A DNA stretch of 64,000 nt from an uncultured Thermococci archaeon (GTDB lineage: Archaea; Methanobacteriota_B; Thermococci; Methanofastidiosales; B48-G16). Numbering within the stretch: the first letter of the stretch is position 1; each line of letters opens with the position of its first letter. The position numbers and the translations under genes are program-made. Below are positions 58,790 to 64,000 of the stretch, piece after piece. Under the pieces are notes generated by a model. That model was not told the DNA's origin. It saw only the letters and a list, made by a program, of their open reading frames with translations, and ran no database searches. The stretch spans positions 160,001 to 224,000 of the forward strand of contig CAZQQT010000001.1 in assembly GCA_964595645.1 (NCBI GenBank). The letters are read 5' to 3'.

Positions 58790-58842
58790 GTTTCTTCCAG
58801 TTCTTTTTTATGTTCCTATTTATTGTAATACTTGCTTTCAGA

Positions 58843-59577
58843 TCAGATCTGGAGTTCTTTTGTTTCATGAATGATGTCTTTTAAGCTCTTCGCCGCGCTT
58901 GTCTTCACGAGTTTTTCTGGATTTCCTAGAGAATTCTCAAACTCGCTGTCGTACGGAATTTTTCCCAGAAATCGTATTCCCATTTTTTCCATTTCTTCTT
59001 GTACATAGGAAGAGTCTCCCATTTTCATGTTTTCTACTACACCGGTAATCGGAATGTTAAGCTCCTTTAGTATCTTCAGCACCTTTTTCACTGTTTCCAG
59101 CGCCATTCTCGAAGGAGTGGTGACCACGACAAACTCTGTCTCCTTCATCAGCCTGATCACATCCAGTATCGTATCTCCCATCCCTGGCGGCATATCGATA
59201 ATGAGAAAATCTAGTTCCCCCCAGCGTGTAACAGCGAGAAGTTCTATCAACGCATTGGACACCTCCTTTCCTCTCAATGGTGCTGGTTTATCCTCGGTGT
59301 AGTGGACGATGGACATGAATTTGATACCTTTTACTTCAGGAGGGATAATACCTTTTTCTTCTTCAGGCAGTTGTCCCTTGGCTCCAAGTATGATGTGTGT
59401 TGAGGGACCGCAGAAATCCATGTCTAACAATCCAACGTCGTATCCCATTTTTGAGAGATTCAATGCTAGTAGAGAAGCAACAGAGCTTTTTCCGATCCCA
59501 CCTTTTCCTCCGGAGACAGCGATGACTTTTTTGATTTTCTCCAGTCGTGTACTAATGATATTCAGCCGCGGATCCAT
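58843..59577 (-). CDS. Mrp/NBP35 P-loop ATPase
   Basis: SGGKGGIGKS, DMPPGMGD, VENM. Confidence 0.9.
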   Translation of the reverse strand: MDPRLNIISTRLEKIKKVIAVSGGKGGIGKSSVASLLALNLSKMGYDVGLLDMDFCGPSTHIILGAKGQLPEEEKGIIPPEVKGIKFMSIVHYTEDKPAPLRGKEVSNALIELLAVTRWGELDFLIIDMPPGMGDTILDVIRLMKETEFVVVTTPSRMALETVKKVLKILKELNIPITGVVENMKMGDSSYVQEEMEKMGIRFLGKIPYDSEFENSLGNPEKLVKTSAAKSLKDIIHETKELQI

Positions 59578-59578
59578 A

Positions 59579-59980
59579 CTATCTCACCTCAATAGACTCG
59601 AGCTCCACACCCCTCCCTTTCAACACATCAAAATCGGGGCTGTCGCACTTAGGACAGCGAATATAGGTGTGAGCAATTTCGGGGATAAAGTGAATGGATT
59701 CAGACTCTTCAAAAGAGAGATTGTCCTTTGCGAACGTCCACTCATGTCCGCAGACATTGCATTTCAACACAGCGCTTTCTTCTTCCATCTTTATTTCAGC
59801 GTTTTCTAATAATTCTTTATTTTTCATGATTTCTTTCAACGCAAACTCAAATATTTCCAGCTCTATCTGTTGCAGTTCTCCGATTTTGATCTTGAGTATT
59901 GTAATTTCACTGATATCTCTATCTTTCACTGTTTTCAGTGCAGTTGATACCACTGCCTCTGCTAAAGCCCATTCATGCAT
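59579..59980 (-). CDS. hypA: Hydrogenase nickel incorporation protein HypA
   Basis: MHEWALA, CNVC...IHFIPE...CPKC. Confidence 0.95.
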   Translation of the reverse strand: MHEWALAEAVVSTALKTVKDRDISEITILKIKIGELQQIELEIFEFALKEIMKNKELLENAEIKMEEESAVLKCNVCGHEWTFAKDNLSFEESESIHFIPEIAHTYIRCPKCDSPDFDVLKGRGVELESIEVR

Positions 59981-60014
59981 GTGTCAGGTTACTGGGTACG
60001 GTATATAAATCTTT

Positions 60015-60464
60015 TCACCTGGAAGTATCCCTCACAGTAATCACTGTACTCCCACATATCTCACATTTTCCTTCATAATCAAGAGAATACTCCTTTTTGC
60101 ACCCTTTACAGATTTTTTTCCACCTATAAACTTCTTCTATACCTTCTGTGGCAATGCTGCTAAACTTTATCCCCAGCGCCTTGGCAACGTTCTGAATATC
60201 GTAATCCTCCGTGAGGAGCACACCGTCAATGTCCAATGCTAACGCAAGCAGTTTTTTATCGGTGATTGAGAGATCGTCTCCTGTCTTTTCGACAAATTTT
60301 TCTATTTTTTTTACGCTTTCTTCAGAAGGAGCGTACACCTTTAGTATTTTAGCAGGGTAATTGAGGCTTTTTAACTCTTCTATAACTTCTTCTATAGTAA
60401 TATATTCTTCCGTGTTGTTCGGCACAAATCCAGAGAGAAGCGCAGATGTATCGACTATATACAT
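60015..60464 (-). CDS. nob1: Nob1 endoribonuclease
   Basis: VDTSA, LSITD, TEDYDIQNVA, Zn ribbon. Confidence 0.9.
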   Translation of the reverse strand: MYIVDTSALLSGFVPNNTEEYITIEEVIEELKSLNYPAKILKVYAPSEESVKKIEKFVEKTGDDLSITDKKLLALALDIDGVLLTEDYDIQNVAKALGIKFSSIATEGIEEVYRWKKICKGCKKEYSLDYEGKCEICGSTVITVRDTSR

Positions 60465-61202
60465 TCACATCCTCACAAAATGAGCTTTATTTTTTGACTT
60501 CTTTATTTTTATTTTTTCATTCAGCTCTAATATACCACGATTTTCTCCATCAAAGATTAAATAAGCGTTTTTTCCAATATTTTTTATAGATATTTCAAGA
60601 TTATCAGGAATAACGGTCGGAAAATTTTGTCTGTTCAGTGATACCAATGGCGTGATTACAACTGCACTCAGGTCTATGTGGAGTATTGGTCCTCCAGCGG
60701 AGAGGGAGTGGGCTGTCGATCCTGTGGGAGTTGCTACTATCACACCGTCCCCACGAATTATTTCTTCCTTGTCGTCGTATCTCAACAGGAAATTTGCCAC
60801 TTTTCCAGGTTCTTCTGAACGGATTGTGATCTCATTCAATACTTCTCCTATTACATTTCCGTTTCTTATTATTTTTAGTTTTGTTCTTTCCTCGATTTTG
60901 TGGTCCTTCAGGATCTCAAGGATTTTTTTGTAGTTTTCCGGTTTTATTTCTGTGAGGTATCCATGGGTCCCCATGTTCACAGGTAGAATTGGTATTTCTT
61001 TGTACTTTCTTACTGACCTCAGGATTGTTCCATCTCCACCGATGACAATGATAATATCTACGTCATCTATCACATCCAGATCAAAGTACTCCACCATTGA
61101 TGGGTCTACGAAGATCTCATGAGTACGTAGAAGTGTAATAATTTTTTCTGTTAGTTGCAGTGCTTCTTTCCTGTCAGTCCGCGAGACTATCCCGATTTTC
61201 AT
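60465..61202 (-). CDS. nadK: NAD(+) kinase
   Basis: GGDGT, NE, ATPTGSTAHSLSAGGP. Confidence 0.95.
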   Translation of the reverse strand: MKIGIVSRTDRKEALQLTEKIITLLRTHEIFVDPSMVEYFDLDVIDDVDIIIVIGGDGTILRSVRKYKEIPILPVNMGTHGYLTEIKPENYKKILEILKDHKIEERTKLKIIRNGNVIGEVLNEITIRSEEPGKVANFLLRYDDKEEIIRGDGVIVATPTGSTAHSLSAGGPILHIDLSAVVITPLVSLNRQNFPTVIPDNLEISIKNIGKNAYLIFDGENRGILELNEKIKIKKSKNKAHFVRM

Positions 61203-61945
61203 TGTTTTCCCTCTTTTTTAAGGATATTTATAATTTTTGATTGCACCTTTTCAGAACATGAGGTTACGAAAGAAAATCCTTTTGCATCTTGGGAGATTTC
61301 TCTTCCTTCACAATCTGTGACTACACCCCCTGCTTTCTCCACGATGTACTTTCCTGCAGCAATATCGAAAAATCTCCCCCTATCTCTTACGTCGATGCAG
61401 GCTTTGGTTTTTCCACAGGCCACAAAACAGAGTTCCAGTGCTAACGATCCGAGATTTCGTATTTTTTTTGATATTTCTAAAAAGGGGCTGATATCTGAAA
61501 ATGTGTAGAGTGAGATGATCTCGCTTTCTCTTGGTTCTATCTTTTTGTCGTTGAGGTATGCATGGGTGTCTGCGGTGAACACATCACCGTTAGCCAGATT
61601 TTTTACGAAGGCAAACTCCTGTTTTTTCCTATAAAACGCTAGCGATATGGAAAAGAAAGGTATTCCATTGCATGCATTTGTCGTGCCGTCTATCGGATCC
61701 GCAATAAGCGTAAAATCGTTTCCTGTTGCGTACTCTCCTATTTCCTCGCTTATCAGCGTACAGCAGAGATCATGTGCCTCAATGTAGTCTATTATGGCAC
61801 GCTCTGCCACGTAGTCGATGTATTTTGTTGGTGTTCCATCGGCCCCTCTTTTTATCGTGCTTCTCCCTCTTTTTGCATTTACAAGTTCTTTTGTAGATTT
61901 TTCTACGTCTTCACCGATTTCATAGGCAATTTTTTTAAAATCCAT
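61199..61945 (-). CDS. Inositol monophosphatase / FBPase / NADP phosphatase family
   Basis: SEE, DPIDGTTN, FDIAAG. Confidence 0.9.
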   Translation of the reverse strand: MDFKKIAYEIGEDVEKSTKELVNAKRGRSTIKRGADGTPTKYIDYVAERAIIDYIEAHDLCCTLISEEIGEYATGNDFTLIADPIDGTTNACNGIPFFSISLAFYRKKQEFAFVKNLANGDVFTADTHAYLNDKKIEPRESEIISLYTFSDISPFLEISKKIRNLGSLALELCFVACGKTKACIDVRDRGRFFDIAAGKYIVEKAGGVVTDCEGREISQDAKGFSFVTSCSEKVQSKIINILKKEGKQ

Positions 61946-61947
61946 TA

Positions 61948-62406
61948 CTACACCAACACACACGCAGATACAACTGTTGAGTAGTTTTTTACCGCATCAA
62001 GCTCTATAGAAGTAAGGTACGTATCTTTCTTGATGAGGTTCCTTTCTCTGCACATTATTTCAGCCATTTTTACGACCTTTTCTCTTGCATATTTCTTTCT
62101 GCACGACCCGCTGTACTCTGTGATCAACCCTATTGTGTCAGTGATTAAAAGACATACCGCAGAGGCTATCGTTTCTTTTTTTTCTGCAGTATACCGAGAT
62201 AAAATACAGTGAAGTACAGTACCTTTTTCAAGGTTCTTTAAGAAATCCTTATCTACAAGAGATGCTCTCTTCGGTGCAATACTCGACACTTTCACGAGAT
62301 TAAAGTCATGTATCCTGGCATCCATTAATGCAGCATCAAAAGATGTTAATGCTGTATTAGATATACCGGAACCTGATGTCAATACCATCTTTTTAGGGAG
62401 ATACAT
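61948..62406 (-). CDS. pdaD: Pyruvoyl-dependent arginine decarboxylase
   Basis: SFDAAL, NLVKVSSI. Confidence 0.85.
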   Translation of the reverse strand: MYLPKKMVLTSGSGISNTALTSFDAALMDARIHDFNLVKVSSIAPKRASLVDKDFLKNLEKGTVLHCILSRYTAEKKETIASAVCLLITDTIGLITEYSGSCRKKYAREKVVKMAEIMCRERNLIKKDTYLTSIELDAVKNYSTVVSACVLV

Positions 62407-62519
62407 ATCCCCCCTACCTGCTATAAGTTAAAAAAGTTGACTGTTATTTTTTTCACCACCTCTAGAAAAGGTAGTATTTTTAGAGAAGCACAACAATAAA
62501 AAGGTGAAAGGAGGATTGT

Positions 62520-63068
62520 ATGATCATGAGAGAGCTGAAAATAGCTGATTCCGTGTTGAGAATAACACAGGGCGATATCACAGAGCAGAATACTGAAGCA
62601 GTGGTGAATGCAGCGAATGCACGACTGGCACCAGGTGGTGGTGTGGCAGGGGCGATCCATCGTGCTGCCGGTCCAAAACTCTGGGAAGAGTGTAAAACGT
62701 TGGGAGGATGTACTACAGGAGACGCTAAAATTACCAGAGGATATAACTTGAAAGCAGATTACGTAATTCATACTGTGGGGCCTGTGTATCATAACGTCAG
62801 CAAAGATGCACAGTTACTCAAATCCTGTTATAAAAAGAGTCTGAAGCTGGCAGAAAAACATGGTATAAAAACTATCTCTTTTCCAGCTATCAGTACAGGA
62901 GCCTTTGGATACCCTATGGACAACGCGGCAGAGATTGCAATAATCACCCTCGTAGAAACCTTGCATGAGATTGAAATGGATCTTGTGCAGCTTGTTCTGC
63001 ATTCCAGTAGTTCCTATGCCGTACATGAGAAGAAATTAATGGCGATAAAAGAAAAAATGAACCCCTGA
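62520..63068 (+). CDS. Macro domain protein (O-acetyl-ADP-ribose deacetylase-like)
   Basis: GDIT, VNAAN, GGGVAGAI, ISTGAFGYP. Confidence 0.9.
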   Translation: MIMRELKIADSVLRITQGDITEQNTEAVVNAANARLAPGGGVAGAIHRAAGPKLWEECKTLGGCTTGDAKITRGYNLKADYVIHTVGPVYHNVSKDAQLLKSCYKKSLKLAEKHGIKTISFPAISTGAFGYPMDNAAEIAIITLVETLHEIEMDLVQLVLHSSSSYAVHEKKLMAIKEKMNP

Positions 63069-63137
63069 TCGCCGTCTCTTGGGGGATGTTTGTATTTAGG
63101 TGCTGAAAAAAGATTATTATACTATTTCATGAGATTT

Positions 63138-63365
63138 TTACTCTCTCATTCTCTTTTTTTCTATTTTTTCAGTTTTTTTATCTTTCTTTTTTACCTTCCA
63201 GTGAAGTTTCCCATCTATTTCTACACCTTCAATTTTTCCCTCTTCTTGAAGTCTCAATAATCCCAATGTAGCCTTTCCAGAGCTAATGTCCATTTTCTTT
63301 GCTATTTTTCCTGTGGGAATCGGATCCTTTGCCTCTTGTAGTATCTTGTGTATTTGTTCATACAT
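63138..63365 (-). CDS. Small winged-helix DNA-binding protein
   Basis: TGKIAKKM...LLRLQEEGKI. Confidence 0.65.
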   Translation of the reverse strand: MYEQIHKILQEAKDPIPTGKIAKKMDISSGKATLGLLRLQEEGKIEGVEIDGKLHWKVKKKDKKTEKIEKKRMRE

Positions 63366-63441
63366 GGTATTCCCTCTGTACCAAAAGTTTTTTAGAGCGC
63401 AAGTATTTAAGTCTTGTCGTTATATCTTGAAAGGTGATAGC

Positions 63442-63690
63442 ATGAGCAAAATAGATGAGATTACTGAGTATCTCCAAGATTACATCGTTCAGGATACTAC
63501 AATACCCAGAAATGTGAGGAAGGCTGCATCTGAAGCTATAACCTATTTACAAGAAGAAGGTAAAGAGGATAAAATAAAGGCATATTCAGCGATAGAGGTG
63601 TTGGATGAGGTCAGCAACGATCCGAATATGCCCATGCACGCCAGAACAATTGTCTGGGAAGTTCTGAGCGAGCTCGAGAAGGTAGAGTAA
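63442..63690 (+). CDS. UPF0147 family protein
   Basis: DTTIPRNVR, DPNMPMHART. Confidence 0.9.
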   Translation: MSKIDEITEYLQDYIVQDTTIPRNVRKAASEAITYLQEEGKEDKIKAYSAIEVLDEVSNDPNMPMHARTIVWEVLSELEKVE

Positions 63691-63807
63691 CGTGAACGTC
63701 TTTTATAGCGTGCTGGAGATATCGTTCAACAGACGTGGGATAGATGTATCGTAGATTCGAGGTTATCTATCACTAGTTATAGATAATTTCTGCAATCTGT
63801 TTTCCTC

Positions 63808-64000
63808 TTATTTGTGCGGTTCAATGATGATTTTGAGAGATTCTTCTGCTCCTGTCATTAACGTAAATCCCCTTTTTGTCTCCGAGAGAGGAAGACGGTG
63901 CGTTATCATCTTTTTTACATTGACTTTCTTCTCCCCGATCAGCTCCAGTGCATTTCTCAGATCGTCTCCGGCTGCAGCATACGAGGTTACAATTTTCACG
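63808..64000 (-). CDS. Zn-dependent (MDR) dehydrogenase, C-terminal end; runs off the right edge
   Basis: MITHRLPL, SLKIIIEP. Confidence 0.8.
   Translation of the reverse strand, partial: VKIVTSYAAAGDDLRNALELIGEKKVNVKKMITHRLPLSETKRGFTLMTGAEESLKIIIEPHK

Noticed and set aside
62520-63068. Macro domain as part of the acetylation locus or an ADP-ribosylation defence system
   Set aside because: About 29 kb away, stand-alone, with no adjacent sirtuin or ADP-ribosyltransferase.
1-64000. Genome-wide stop-codon reassignment (TAG=Pyl or TGA=Sec/Trp) suggested by in-frame stops at 7163, 45508 and 55041
   Set aside because: TAG and TGA both terminate conserved genes at their expected ends (e.g. 660, 11274, 18999, 42835), and one of the lesions sits in a gene that is also frameshifted.

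Overview
Archaeal chromosomal window with no rRNA, CRISPR array, transposase or integrase. Archaeal origin is supported by rpo7-spt4-DPCK-rps24e-rps27ae, membrane LonB, class I LysRS, AMP phosphorylase, Tyw1, prefoldin beta, Nob1, radB, a C1-G72 tRNA-Tyr and BRE/TATA promoters. Gene content suggests an anaerobic peptide-fermenting euryarchaeon, possibly Theionarchaea/Methanofastidiosa/Thermococci-related (inference only). Housekeeping operons alternate with small accessory or decaying patches (about 4.9-9.7, 21-27.5, 36.7-38.2, 44.7-46.4 and 53-58.8 kb). Most notable: (1) an 811-bp vapBC cassette bracketed by a 60/61-bp direct repeat that duplicates the 3' end of a host Zn-ribbon gene (attL/attR-like, no recombinase nearby); (2) a divergent locus, Lrp + ADP-forming acyl-CoA synthetase versus AcuA-type acetyltransferase + CoA-transferase-GNAT fusion, a candidate acetylation-controlled acetate/acyl-CoA switch; (3) a secreted 10-Cys peptide paired with a propeller lipoprotein; (4) two intact but catalytically degenerate membrane histidine kinases; (5) features the ORF track misses or splits: an ATC-start gene, rps27ae, a dapF relic, a signal-peptide stub, and single in-frame TAG/TGA lesions. 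All family calls come from motif recognition by eye; no database search was run.
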